Positions 33,817-44,135 are shown, numbered from the stretch's first letter. The stretch: DNA of 64,000 nt from Candidatus Kapaibacterium sp. (GCA_025059875.1 JANXCT010000002.1:87910-151909), one strand, 5' to 3'. The notes: generated from the letters alone by a model not told the origin. Translations and numbers: made by a program.

Positions 33817-34060
33817 CGCAGGCGTTTGTTAGGGTAACGGTCATCACTGTCACACCATAGCTTGCTGCGGCCTGGAAGGCCGAGCGGAGTGCATCCAGCA
33901 CTGCATCCAGAGAGCCAGAGAGCTCTGTGTGCATTGGCTGAACGTCGACCTCTAAACCTGAAGAACATAGAGCTTCGACTGCTGCCTCAACGGCACGGTA
34001 GTCCTGCTGTCGCAAGGGATACACAGCAACTGTCGCAGCAACAGTCATGGTTTCCTCCAC
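33785..34060 (-). CDS. MTH1187/YkoF-family (DUF77) small protein
   Basis: 91 aa, VAVYPL…VQPMHTELSG pattern. Confidence 0.55.
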   Translation of the reverse strand: MEETMTVAATVAVYPLRQQDYRAVEAAVEALCSSGLEVDVQPMHTELSGSLDAVLDALRSAFQAAASYGVTVMTVTLTNACVVRSDYEHQA

Positions 34061-34731
34061 TGGAGGATGACCATTGCCGGAGGATTGCCTGCACGGAGTC
34101 CGGCAGCATCTGCCTCCTCATACGGTGCCTGAGCTCCCGGAGCACAGTAGATGGACTCGGCCCTTGCTTCCGGAGGAAATCCGAGAAGCTGTTCCAACTC
34201 TTCCGGCGTGTAGAAGCGGGCATAGCTCCACGGCAGCTCACCTCGACGCCCTAACCAGCAGTAAAGAGCTGCCCAGGGGCTGTGAGCGTGAAGTATACCT
34301 AACAGCAGCACCCCACCAGGTTGCAGAACACGCAGGGCCTCTCGTAAGGCCCATAGTGGCTCCGCAACGAACTCCAGCGTAGCGAACATCAAGACAGCAG
34401 TCTGAGAATTGTCGGGAAAAGGCAGCAGCGAAGCATGGGCAGCAACCCATTGGACTGGTAGACCAGCAGTACGCTGCTCGCCGTACCGGCGCATTGCTGA
34501 AGCTGGCTCTACAGCGATGACTCGGAATCCGAGCTGTGCCAACCACGCCGCAACCCGTCCTGTACCAGCACCGACTTCGACGATGGGCTGATTACGCTCT
34601 AGCCTCTCCACAAGCCGTTGGAGTGCCGCCAGCTCCTGAGCCTCTACAAACGCACCCAGTGGCGACTCATACCATTGATCGTAAGCCGCTGCCAGCTCTT
34701 CTCGCTCAAATGGGTTGTAGTTCGCCAACAT
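34045..34731 (-). CDS. Class I SAM-dependent methyltransferase
   Basis: VEVGAGTGRVAAWLAQLGFRVIAVE motif I, then the following motifs. Confidence 0.7.
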   Translation of the reverse strand: MLANYNPFEREELAAAYDQWYESPLGAFVEAQELAALQRLVERLERNQPIVEVGAGTGRVAAWLAQLGFRVIAVEPASAMRRYGEQRTAGLPVQWVAAHASLLPFPDNSQTAVLMFATLEFVAEPLWALREALRVLQPGGVLLLGILHAHSPWAALYCWLGRRGELPWSYARFYTPEELEQLLGFPPEARAESIYCAPGAQAPYEEADAAGLRAGNPPAMVILQWRKP

Positions 34732-34749
34732 CGTCCCATAGGAAGCCTG

Positions 34750-36900
34750 TCAGTGCACAAGGACGACCGAGGAGACTTCTCGGTGCTCCCTAGCGCCGAC
34801 AACGGCCACGTATACTCCCGAAGGAAGTTCGGAAAGGCTCAACCGCAACGCAGAGGATGAGACATTCCCCTGCCATCTCCAGACACGCTGCCCGAGCCAA
34901 TTGTAGAGCTCTACCACTGCTGGTCCATCGCTCGGAAGTGTCACTTCCAGGATGCCATCCTGGCTTACTATTCCCTTGCCCGCGTGCTGTAGAGCACGAC
35001 TATTCGGTAGAGGAACGCTGACAACGAGTCCGAGGTCATCATCCTTACGGGGAACGAGCTTGTAGTTGCCGAAGCTGTAGAAGAGGATGCCCCGGAGATA
35101 CTCCAGCCGCTGGCCGCGCTGGAGGACTATCTTGCCATCAGTCCCGCGAGTACCATAGCGAGTCGCACCATCGTCGGTCTCTACGCGCAATCGCGCTGTC
35201 GCCTCCTGCGGAGTGCCGAAGAGTTCGGCATCTACAACGAAGAACTCCCCGAAGTTGGAGGGAGCATCGGCGTTTGTGTCCGTCACGACAACGTTTCTCA
35301 TCTCAACGAGCATACTCTCCCACCCTTCAGCCGGCATCTCCCCTCGCCGTTTGTCAGCAATGGAACGCGTGGAGACGAGCACCGGTGGAATGGTGTTCCC
35401 GCTAGAGATGAAGCCACCGTCGCCGTTCTGGTCAACCAAGGCTAGTGCTGTCAGCGCCGTCACATGGCGATCCTGAGCCCGAGCACCAAGTTCCGTGACA
35501 ATTCCTGAGACCCGGATTCTATCCCCACGCCGGAAGCTGCGAATGGGGTCCGTGGTTGCCGTCGTATGGAGCCAGATACCGGAGAATGCTGTGGTGTCGT
35601 CCTGCAGGTACATCCGTGGGGCGGCGTTGTTGGGAATGTCCGAAGTGTCGGCCGTAATGACTCCTTCTACAGTGACGCGGAATCCAATGTAGCCGGAAGA
35701 GCCATCCAGGTTGAGCGTACGCCGGATGTCGGCAATCCGTGGGGCTCGGTCCAACACCGTGTAGAAGTACTCTCCCCGTAAGGGCATCCGAACCTGGGTC
35801 CCAGCTGTATCAACAGCCTCAACCCAGTATCGCACGAGGGTCTCAGACGGATACGGCGGAATGGTGGCCACGAACATCGTGTCGGATCGGCGAGTGGCAG
35901 GGATAGTACGCGTCTGCCCGCCTACATCTACCCTCAGATGGACGTAGGCCAGTGGGAGATCTCCTTGTCGCAGTCCGATAGTGATCGGAACGGAATCGGT
36001 GGAGCGTGGAAACGGTCGAGCAGGGTCGCGTGTTACCGATGTGATGACAGGAGGTGTTGTCCCCAATTCTACGTCCTCCGGGTATACGGGCGTAATCATG
36101 AACGACTGTGGCTGTCCACCGACTGTGCTTGCCGTAATGTAGCCACGTAGACGCCTGATACGTTGCCCGACAGGATAAGGCGTGAAGTTGCGCAGTCGGT
36201 GGCCACGAGTCGTGAAGTACCCAGACTGGTCCCGCATGTACATCTGGTTCCCGTCGGCATCAGCAACAACGATGATGGGCTGGTTGGCAACGACGGTAAC
36301 ATCTCGCAGCTCTACGAGCATCCCCACGTATCGAGACCCCTGGCTGATGTTTGGTGTTGCATTCCCGACTGGGCCGGTGTAGAAATCAGAGATCCGCACA
36401 GGCACAGGGTCTGGGAGTGGCACACCGAAGTCCAAAAACTCCACAGGACGTGACGTTATAACCTCAGCTTGTGTCGGCCCTAAGCGATTCCGAATGGGAT
36501 CGGAGCTTGTGGGAAAGTTCGTGATGCGCACCAGCACCTCCACGTAGTCGCCAGGCCGGATGCGGTCAAAGTACGTCGTCTGCACTGTAGTGTCCGTCTG
36601 CAGGATGTTGATGCCAGCATATGCCCGTAACTGGGGATTGGAGTCCCGCAGGAAGCTCACCCATCGCGCCCCAGCCCACAGCAGAGGACGCCGATCCGAA
36701 GCTGGATCGAGTACTGGTGGCACTGTGACGATCCCGACAAGCAGCACCGTATCCCCTAGGAATGGTGAGAGCAGTGAACCGACAGCAATCGAGTCCGGCG
36801 GCAGCTCCATGATCTCGTGGACATGAACCCGCCGATACTGTCCTATTCCATCGAGGAGGACCAAGCACGAGAGCAGAGCGATAGAGAATGGACGTCGCAT
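34750..36900 (-). CDS. Large secreted protein with T9SS C-terminal sorting domain, function unknown
   Basis: Signal peptide. 716 aa. C-terminus …VVELYNWLGQRVW…LPSGVYVAVV fits T9SS CTD type A. Confidence 0.6.
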   Translation of the reverse strand: MRRPFSIALLSCLVLLDGIGQYRRVHVHEIMELPPDSIAVGSLLSPFLGDTVLLVGIVTVPPVLDPASDRRPLLWAGARWVSFLRDSNPQLRAYAGINILQTDTTVQTTYFDRIRPGDYVEVLVRITNFPTSSDPIRNRLGPTQAEVITSRPVEFLDFGVPLPDPVPVRISDFYTGPVGNATPNISQGSRYVGMLVELRDVTVVANQPIIVVADADGNQMYMRDQSGYFTTRGHRLRNFTPYPVGQRIRRLRGYITASTVGGQPQSFMITPVYPEDVELGTTPPVITSVTRDPARPFPRSTDSVPITIGLRQGDLPLAYVHLRVDVGGQTRTIPATRRSDTMFVATIPPYPSETLVRYWVEAVDTAGTQVRMPLRGEYFYTVLDRAPRIADIRRTLNLDGSSGYIGFRVTVEGVITADTSDIPNNAAPRMYLQDDTTAFSGIWLHTTATTDPIRSFRRGDRIRVSGIVTELGARAQDRHVTALTALALVDQNGDGGFISSGNTIPPVLVSTRSIADKRRGEMPAEGWESMLVEMRNVVVTDTNADAPSNFGEFFVVDAELFGTPQEATARLRVETDDGATRYGTRGTDGKIVLQRGQRLEYLRGILFYSFGNYKLVPRKDDDLGLVVSVPLPNSRALQHAGKGIVSQDGILEVTLPSDGPAVVELYNWLGQRVWRWQGNVSSSALRLSLSELPSGVYVAVVGAREHREVSSVVLVH

Positions 36901-36918
36901 TGGCAGACTCCCCTTGAC

Positions 36919-38961
36919 CTACTTGACGACGAGGAAGTACCCCACCCGAATGGCTGAGGTCTCTGCATCTTCGGCGATTACCAGGTATAGCCCTGGTGCT
37001 ATCGGTTGGTCAGCCTTGCTGAGCAGATTCCAAGCGTAGAGGCCACCGCTGACTTGAAGCCCTGGGATACCGCTCGTCGCCGGAGGCTGCTCGCCTTGAC
37101 TGCTGCCATCATGCCAGAGGGTGGCAATCTCCTCCCCTGCGGCATTCCAGATGCGGATACGGCAGCGCGGCGGGAGGTTGTAGAAGTAGAGTCTGCGTCC
37201 GCGCTCGGATCCCCCAGACTCCCAACTGGCCGAGAGACGGTAAGGGTTGGGGACTATACCTATGCGCTGGATGCTGTCGCTCGGCACCGGACGGCGCCCC
37301 GGGATGAAGAAGATCTCCGTGGAAAGCGGGCTAGACTCCAACGACGGAATGCCATTGAGCTCGTCGGGAGAGCTGAAGGCTGTCAGAGCGATTCGGTAGA
37401 GCCAGCCGTCCAGAAGGTTCTCCACACGGTAAGCGTAGGTGTAGCCCGTTGTATCCCCCGGGAAGCGGAGCCGAATTGGACGTCCTTCATGGTCGCGAAG
37501 ACGGATGGAAGCGAAGCCGTTATCATACCCGACTCCGTTGGCCGGCAAATCCCACTGCCGCAGGAGCTGTAGGGTGTCGGAACTGCCAACAGAGGGTCCA
37601 GCAAACCACAGCCGATAGCCCTCAAAATGGCGCCGATTGGTGAAGATATCTCGCGAGCTTTCAGCATTGTCGCTCCAGTAGAGCGTTGCCTCTCCACTCC
37701 CAACCTCTAACCGGAGCCGTGGCACCTCTGGAGGCGACGGTAGCACGAAGCGCACAATCTGTCCGTTGCCAAGTAGATCGGGTTCGTCGGCGTCTAAACG
37801 GCCATTGCCATTCAAGTCGGTCCCGTTATATGCCCGCTGTGCCCATCGGGCGTAGCGAAGGAGGTTGACCCGTGTGGCATCGTTGTCGGCCGTCGGTTCC
37901 CCCGGCTTCTTTGCGCAGATGACGGCAAAGGCAACCCGCAGGGAATCCCCTGGAGCCAGCGTGGCAAAAGGCCCCACGGAGAGCAGAATGGAACGGTTGC
38001 TGGGAATTCGCAGCGCTTGACGAGCGTACTCCAACGAGACCTGTCCCAGGAAGCTACTGGAGAGCCGTCGGTAGCGAGCAAGGTCATTCTGCGGGGACTG
38101 GGTCCATTCGTCCCCGGTGGTATTCCGGAACTGCCACGAGTTGAAGAAGTACCCGGGGGCAGCTGGTTCGCTACCTAGAAACTTCAGCGCAAAGTAACTG
38201 TCAGCCAATCCTCGGTCCCCTGCGGCATCCCACTCATAGATGAGCGCCTCCTCGGGGAGGAATCCTTCGGCTCCGGCGCTGTAGAAAGAACTTCCTCGAG
38301 GCGCGACGAGCCGAGTATTGCGGACTACAGCATCGGTCCATAGCCCAACGTAGAGGCTTTCAATCGGGTTCGCGGAGACGTTGTAGAGCGTGTACCACAA
38401 GATGACGAAGGCATCGGCGAAGGGATAGTTCCAAGCATAGGCCTCCAAGCGGACGTGCAGCCCTAAGGGAACTGTGTGTCCTGGAATCTGTTGGCCAGTT
38501 CCCGGCACCACCCTGTTGGTGTCGGTGAACTCCACGATGATGTCTCGGTGGCTGATAGCCCGCGGAGTGTAGTACGGGTCAGTTGGAAGCGTGGAGCGCT
38601 TCTGGACCGGAGTCAGGGGCGTGAACTCGAAGCCTTCGCTGGCGTAGCGCGCCGAGGCGACATCAATAGCGGCCGTGGAGACGGCAATGAACTCTTCTCC
38701 ACCCCTGCGGACCCGCCCTCCTACCCACAGCCCGCCAATGAAGAGATGCTCTATCCCGCTCCCCCGAGGATACTCGCACGAGGGCTGCGTTGGCCAATTG
38801 GCGAACCCTGTACCCAGGGTTCCAAAGTTGGAAATCGTCAGCCGTATGTTCCCGACGTCAGTGTACTGTGAGGCATCGTCGGGGACGGTCGTCTGCGCCC
38901 AGCCACCGTAGAGTGCTATGAGCAGCAAAGGCCACATGGCGGCCGCAAAATTACACTCCAC
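36919..38961 (-). CDS. Large secreted protein with T9SS C-terminal sorting domain, function unknown
   Basis: Signal peptide. 680 aa. C-terminus IRIWNAAGEEIATLW…GLYLVIAEDAETSAIRVGYFLVVK is CTD-like. Confidence 0.55.
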   Translation of the reverse strand: MECNFAAAMWPLLLIALYGGWAQTTVPDDASQYTDVGNIRLTISNFGTLGTGFANWPTQPSCEYPRGSGIEHLFIGGLWVGGRVRRGGEEFIAVSTAAIDVASARYASEGFEFTPLTPVQKRSTLPTDPYYTPRAISHRDIIVEFTDTNRVVPGTGQQIPGHTVPLGLHVRLEAYAWNYPFADAFVILWYTLYNVSANPIESLYVGLWTDAVVRNTRLVAPRGSSFYSAGAEGFLPEEALIYEWDAAGDRGLADSYFALKFLGSEPAAPGYFFNSWQFRNTTGDEWTQSPQNDLARYRRLSSSFLGQVSLEYARQALRIPSNRSILLSVGPFATLAPGDSLRVAFAVICAKKPGEPTADNDATRVNLLRYARWAQRAYNGTDLNGNGRLDADEPDLLGNGQIVRFVLPSPPEVPRLRLEVGSGEATLYWSDNAESSRDIFTNRRHFEGYRLWFAGPSVGSSDTLQLLRQWDLPANGVGYDNGFASIRLRDHEGRPIRLRFPGDTTGYTYAYRVENLLDGWLYRIALTAFSSPDELNGIPSLESSPLSTEIFFIPGRRPVPSDSIQRIGIVPNPYRLSASWESGGSERGRRLYFYNLPPRCRIRIWNAAGEEIATLWHDGSSQGEQPPATSGIPGLQVSGGLYAWNLLSKADQPIAPGLYLVIAEDAETSAIRVGYFLVVK

Positions 38962-38987
38962 ACTCTGAGCTATGCCATGCAGGACTC

Positions 38988-40226
38988 CTACTCTTCACGT
39001 AGCGCTTCGGTAATCTGCTGCCGCCCGGCCCGCCAGGCAGGATAGGCACTGGCGAAGAGCACAAGTGCAAAGGCAACCCCAATGATGAGCACAACGTCCC
39101 AGAGCTCGAGGAAGACCGGCAGCCGCGACAAGATGTAGCGCAAGGGGTCTAAGCGAAACCACCCAAAATGCTGCTGTCCCCAGTAGAACCCCAGTCCGCC
39201 GAGCATTCCTAGTCCAATGCCAACCACCCCAAGCACAACTCCCTGCCATCGGTACAGCCGCTGGATATCTCGAGCTTGCAGCCCCAAGGCGCGCAGAAGA
39301 GCTAGCTCACGGCTTTTCTGGACGACGCTCATCCAGAGCGAAGCCGCAACGTTGAAGACCGCTACTACTACAATCAAGCTCAAGACGGCGAACGTTCCCA
39401 ATCGCTCCAAGCGAAGCACATCGTAGAGCTGCCGGTGGAACTCGTACCACGGAACCGCTTGGAGTGAGGTCGGGAGCATCTGCCGAAGAGTCTTTACCGC
39501 CCAATCTGTCTGCTCCGTCTGCGGCAACCAGAGGGCGATGCCGCTCCACGTCTGTGGCGGGAGCTGGAGCAGTCGACGTCCAAAAGCGGCATTCACGTAG
39601 AGGGCAAAGCTCTGCTCTTCCCCCGCAGGCGCTTGGAAGATGCCCACAACCTGCACAGGGACACCTTGGCCCCAGGAAAGTCCGACAGCCATCTGCTCTA
39701 TCATTGCCGGACTCCAGAGCCTCACCGTATCACCTGGCAAGAGCCGCAAACGTTCAGCAATCCCAGCACCAGCGACAGCTGTGGGCAGTCCATCATGCCG
39801 AAGGTCGAACTCCCCTGCGAGGATGCTCTGCTCGATGTCCGTAGCTTCCCGTAGGGCCTCCTCTGGAGCCGCAATGAGGACTGCCGCGGCAAAGGACTCT
39901 CCGCGCTGGAGGAGGAACTTCTGCGAAATCATCGGCAAGACTGCTCGCGCTCCTACTGTACGGGCGTATCGCTGGAGCGTGTCTTCCGTAACGCTGAGCC
40001 ACTGCCCACGCGCCGGCAGAATCCGAAGGTGCGGCTCATAGCGGAGAAGCAGCACCTGTACCGCCTGATGAAACCCCTTGAAGATGCTCAACACGCTCAG
40101 CAACGTTGCTGTCCCAATCCCAATCCCAACGACTGACAGGGCAGCGATTATCTGGATGATCCCCCACCGCCGGCGCAGCAGTAGCCACCGCCATAGCAAG
40201 AGCCACAGAACCGTTCGAGAAGCCAT
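38988..40226 (-). CDS. LolC/LolE-family (FtsX-like) ABC transporter permease
   Basis: 412 aa. Four TM helices with a large periplasmic loop. FtsX C-terminal module. No adjacent ATPase gene. Confidence 0.7.
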   Translation of the reverse strand: MASRTVLWLLLWRWLLLRRRWGIIQIIAALSVVGIGIGTATLLSVLSIFKGFHQAVQVLLLRYEPHLRILPARGQWLSVTEDTLQRYARTVGARAVLPMISQKFLLQRGESFAAAVLIAAPEEALREATDIEQSILAGEFDLRHDGLPTAVAGAGIAERLRLLPGDTVRLWSPAMIEQMAVGLSWGQGVPVQVVGIFQAPAGEEQSFALYVNAAFGRRLLQLPPQTWSGIALWLPQTEQTDWAVKTLRQMLPTSLQAVPWYEFHRQLYDVLRLERLGTFAVLSLIVVVAVFNVAASLWMSVVQKSRELALLRALGLQARDIQRLYRWQGVVLGVVGIGLGMLGGLGFYWGQQHFGWFRLDPLRYILSRLPVFLELWDVVLIIGVAFALVLFASAYPAWRAGRQQITEALREE

Positions 40227-41935
40227 CAGTACCCTACAACGATTACAGCCTTGGCCTCGTAGCGACCGACCCCACCAGCCTCCTGTGCCTCCACTAGAGC
40301 AACGTAAGGTCCTGGTGGCACCAGCTCCCCTCGGTCACTCCTCCCGTCCCACGCTACATGGCCGTGGGCTGCAGAGTATGCAGCCAATAGCAATGTCCGT
40401 AGGCAAGCCCCTTCGTCAGAGAAGATCCGAACTGTTACCAGCGCCTTCTGGAACGGTAAGCGATACGAGATGACGCAGTACTGGCGTTCCGCAGCAGAGA
40501 GTCGGAAGGGATTTGGAGAAGCCGTTAGCTCGCCGTCGGGCAAGGATGGCACGGCGATGCTGTTTGGAGCTCCAGGGGTTGCTCCTGCGGGAGCCGCACA
40601 AGTGCTCCATGAGCTCCGCTCAGATGAAGGCAGGAGGGGATGGAGCTTCTCCAGGCTTCTACCACGCCGTGCGCTCCCTACAGCAGGGTCATGCCACGTG
40701 GGGTCGTAAGAGACTGAATCCACCACAATTCCATTCGGATCGCGAAGCACGATCCCGTCGCCCGCATTGTTCAGCGTGAGAGCCGGAGTCCCGATATACA
40801 TGCTCGAGCTCCCTTGCAGCTCTGCATAGGCCACCAGAAGGGAGCTATCCCACCCCAGTACACCAAACTGATTCGGGGCTAAGCGCAATGCGGTACCAAT
40901 CCGCAGCGTATCGGAACTGCTGCCTAGGTCGTGAAGCAACCACCCCTCCAATGTGACTGTGTCCTCCCCAACGTTGACGAGCTCAACGAACTCTGCTCCA
41001 TTCGGCAGAGGGTCGTAGAGGATCTCATTGATCCGGACCACCGAGGACCCCACCGAACGATAGTAGCGCCGCCGAAGGGTATCATTCCATCGGCGGACAT
41101 CCTCAGCCAGCTCCACTACGAGCTGCAGCATGTACCATCCTCTGGGAAGCTCCCCCCAGAGAGCCTCCGCAGGAATTCGCTCCTCCCATCTCTGCCCCGG
41201 CTGTAGTGGCGGAAGAGACCTCCGCAAGCGTAGCTCCGCAGGAGAAAAGCTAGAATCACCGTCACGATCCAGCCACACAGTATACGACACCCTGCTTTGG
41301 GCAGTTGTCCCAGTGTTGATGACTGCTACGAGGAGCGTATCGCTTGACAGCAGCCGGAAATCAGCGCAGGCATAGTCCACGGGGACGGGGGTGACGCTAT
41401 TCACATCGCCAGCTGTTGCCCCTGTCGGAGACTGGGACGGGAGGAGGTTTTCCGGAGACCACGCCGGTAGCTCTGCCCGAGCCCGCTCTAACGACACCCC
41501 CGCCCTGCCCCACCTCACGGAGTAGTACACCGAGTCCACCAAAGATGAGTCGGAAGCCCGTAGGGTGATGACATCGCTTGTGTTGTTGAGGGTGGGGAGT
41601 CGGAGTTCGATCAGTACAGCCATGGCTGGTAGGCTTCGGACCTCGCGGAGAGCCACGGTGTCACGGCATAGGACAGCATAGCCTCGGGGAGGGAGCACGA
41701 AAGCCGGCAGACGGACAGCCATTCGTGAATCGGTCAGCCACCAATTGGAGAACGCTACCGGTGTGTCTGCAGCGTTGAAGAGCTCCAGCCACTCTGGCTC
41801 CCCTTTCGGTGGAACAGGCATGAGCTCATTGATGACTGGCTGAGCTGCGGTTGCTGTCCCCCAGAACACAGCAAGACCAACTAGGAGCCTCCTCGCGGCA
41901 CGATACCAATCGTAGAGCAGAGCTCGGCTCACCAT
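40226..41935 (-). CDS. Secreted protein with two lamin-tail (LTD) domains and a C-terminal Ig-like/T9SS-type domain
   Basis: Signal peptide. LTD signatures VINELMPVPPKGEPEWLELFN and RINEILYDPLPNGAEFVELVN. C-terminal VRIFSDEG…WDGR…PGPYVALV. Confidence 0.6.
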   Translation of the reverse strand: MVSRALLYDWYRAARRLLVGLAVFWGTATAAQPVINELMPVPPKGEPEWLELFNAADTPVAFSNWWLTDSRMAVRLPAFVLPPRGYAVLCRDTVALREVRSLPAMAVLIELRLPTLNNTSDVITLRASDSSLVDSVYYSVRWGRAGVSLERARAELPAWSPENLLPSQSPTGATAGDVNSVTPVPVDYACADFRLLSSDTLLVAVINTGTTAQSRVSYTVWLDRDGDSSFSPAELRLRRSLPPLQPGQRWEERIPAEALWGELPRGWYMLQLVVELAEDVRRWNDTLRRRYYRSVGSSVVRINEILYDPLPNGAEFVELVNVGEDTVTLEGWLLHDLGSSSDTLRIGTALRLAPNQFGVLGWDSSLLVAYAELQGSSSMYIGTPALTLNNAGDGIVLRDPNGIVVDSVSYDPTWHDPAVGSARRGRSLEKLHPLLPSSERSSWSTCAAPAGATPGAPNSIAVPSLPDGELTASPNPFRLSAAERQYCVISYRLPFQKALVTVRIFSDEGACLRTLLLAAYSAAHGHVAWDGRSDRGELVPPGPYVALVEAQEAGGVGRYEAKAVIVVGY

Positions 41936-42432
41936 CGGTAATAGCGCCGGAGTCGCTTCAGGTCTGAGCCTGCAATGAGCTGATCGACAAGCTGCTGGAT
42001 ACCCTGTGCATCTTCTTGCGTGAAGCGATCAAGTTGAGAACTATCGAGGTCGACAACACCACAGAGTACGTCTCCTGCTACCATCGGGACAACGAGTTCT
42101 GCTCTAGTCTCTGGACTGCAGGCAATGTAGTCCGGAAAGGCGGAAACGTCCGGAACAATGATTGGCTGACGTCGCAATGCAGCTTGACCGCAGACACCCC
42201 GGCCAATGGGGATCCGCTGACATGCTGGTCTCCCTTGAAAGGGCCCTAGGAGCAAGTCGTCGCCGTCACGCAGATAGAACCCCACCCAATTTACCTCTGG
42301 CAATCGCCAGAAGAGGAGGGCAGCCATATTAGCAGCACGGACGAAGAAGTCTATCTCATCCGACCAGAGCGCCGCTAACTCTTCGCCGAGTTGCTCGTAA
42401 GTCCCAGCCGCTAAGGGTACCTCCTGTCTCAT
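41929..42432 (-). CDS. Free methionine-(R)-sulfoxide reductase, GAF domain (MsrC/YebR-like)
   Basis: 167-aa GAF domain with the conserved Cys-containing motifs GRGVCGQAA and IACSPETRAE…VLCGVVDLDS. Confidence 0.7.
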   Translation of the reverse strand: MRQEVPLAAGTYEQLGEELAALWSDEIDFFVRAANMAALLFWRLPEVNWVGFYLRDGDDLLLGPFQGRPACQRIPIGRGVCGQAALRRQPIIVPDVSAFPDYIACSPETRAELVVPMVAGDVLCGVVDLDSSQLDRFTQEDAQGIQQLVDQLIAGSDLKRLRRYYRW

Positions 42433-43919
42433 CCTCTCTCAACGTCAATCTGCGCACGCTGCAGCTTGCCAGAGTAGTCGATGTAGACGGTCTTCCACTC
42501 TGTGAAGATGTCAAAGACGGTCCAGCCACCCTCACGGTGTCCATTCCCCGTTGCTTTGATGCCACCAAAGGGCATGTGGGCTTCTGCCCCAATCGTCGGT
42601 GCATTGACGTACGTGATTCCAGCCTCTAAGTCACGGATTGCGCGCAGGGCTGCTGCAATGTCCCGTGTGTAGATGGAGGACGAAAGGCCATACTCGCTGT
42701 CGTTGGCTACAGCAATCGCCTCCTCTAACGAATCCACTGCCGTGACGCAGAGTACTGGCCCGAAGATCTCCTCCCGGAAGATGCGCATCTGCGGTTTCAC
42801 ATCAGTGAAGATTGTCGGTGCGAAGAAAAAGCCATAGGCATACTCCCCATCGGTAAGGCGCTGCCCCCCAACTAGAAGCCTCGCCCCCTCCTGGAGTCCG
42901 ATCTGGACATATTGCTCTATACGCTGGAGCTGCCGGGCATTGATGATTGGCCCAAGATTGACATCTTCACGCAAGCCATTGCCGATCCGTAGGGCCTGAG
43001 TGCGCTCGCAGAGCTGCCCCAGGAACGTCTCGGCAATCTGGCGATGGAGGATCAAGCGGGAGGTCGCTGTACAGCGTTGTCCTGAGGTGCCAAAAGCTCC
43101 CCAGAGGACCCCTTCCAGAGCAAGCTCAAGTGGAGCGTCCGGCAGGATGATCAGCGGATTCTTCCCACCCATCTCCAGAGAGCACTTCTTGTTCAGCGCC
43201 CCACAGAGGCTAGCAATCTGGCGTCCAACTGCTGTAGAGCCAGTAAAAGCAATGAGACGCACATCAGGATGGCGCACAAGTGCTTCCCCAGCTTCGGCGT
43301 CCCCGTGGACAACGTTGAAGACCCCTTCGGGAATGCCAGCCTCTATGAGCACTTCCGCCAGCAGGTTCGCACACCATGGAGAGTCCTCTGAGGGCTTCCA
43401 AACAATCGTGTTTCCAGCTACGAGGGCTGGAAAGATCTTCCATGAAGGCACGGCAATTGGGAAGTTCCAAGCCGTAATAAGCCCACAGACACCAACGGGC
43501 ATGCGGAAGGAGAGATTCACCTTGTTGGGAAGCTCACTGGGAGTAGTGTAGCCGAAGAGTCGTCGCCCTTCGGAAGCAGCGTAGTAGGCCGTATCTATGG
43601 CCTCCTGGACGTCTCCGCGAGCCTCCACAAGGGGCTTGCCCATCTCACGGGTCATTGCACGAGCAAGCTCCTCCTTGCGCCGGCTTAAGATATCCCCTGC
43701 TCGCCGGACGAGCTCTCCACGGTAGGGTGCAGGAGTCAAGCGCCACCGCTCATAAGCTGCCTTCGCTGCTGCAACAGCTTCCGCTACATCGGCAGCTGAA
43801 GAGAGCGGAAAGAGACCAATGCAATCGCGCGTATCCGCAGGATTACGCTTTTCAAACCGACGTCCGCTTCGGCTCGGGAGCCATCGCCCGTTGACAAAGT
43901 TGTTGTACTCCATGAGCAC
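42429..43919 (-). CDS. NAD(P)-dependent aldehyde dehydrogenase
   Basis: 496 aa, FTGSTAVG and EMGGKNP / catalytic Cys region (GQRCTA). Confidence 0.8.
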   Translation of the reverse strand: MLMEYNNFVNGRWLPSRSGRRFEKRNPADTRDCIGLFPLSSAADVAEAVAAAKAAYERWRLTPAPYRGELVRRAGDILSRRKEELARAMTREMGKPLVEARGDVQEAIDTAYYAASEGRRLFGYTTPSELPNKVNLSFRMPVGVCGLITAWNFPIAVPSWKIFPALVAGNTIVWKPSEDSPWCANLLAEVLIEAGIPEGVFNVVHGDAEAGEALVRHPDVRLIAFTGSTAVGRQIASLCGALNKKCSLEMGGKNPLIILPDAPLELALEGVLWGAFGTSGQRCTATSRLILHRQIAETFLGQLCERTQALRIGNGLREDVNLGPIINARQLQRIEQYVQIGLQEGARLLVGGQRLTDGEYAYGFFFAPTIFTDVKPQMRIFREEIFGPVLCVTAVDSLEEAIAVANDSEYGLSSSIYTRDIAAALRAIRDLEAGITYVNAPTIGAEAHMPFGGIKATGNGHREGGWTVFDIFTEWKTVYIDYSGKLQRAQIDVERG

Positions 43920-44085
43920 AGGCCCCAGAAAGATGACCTTGCCCTACTTCACAAACTTAGTTGAAGCTGCCGAATGCACTCTCTGCCTGAGGATGAAAGA
44001 ACTATCAGCAACGTTTTAGCTTCCTTTGCCCTCTTTTTGGGACCTCTTTCACAGGAGGTTCATGCACCTCTCAGAGGCTTGACGG

Positions 44086-44093
44086 TAGTTTTG
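44086..44093 (+). promoter_or_regulatory. Candidate -7 box TAGTTTTG (TAnnTTTG)
   Basis: Located 43 nt upstream of ATG 44136 in a 215-nt intergenic region. Confidence 0.25.
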
Positions 44094-44135
44094 CCACTGC
44101 GGTTGAGGTTATGTTCAACAACCTTAGGTTGTCCC

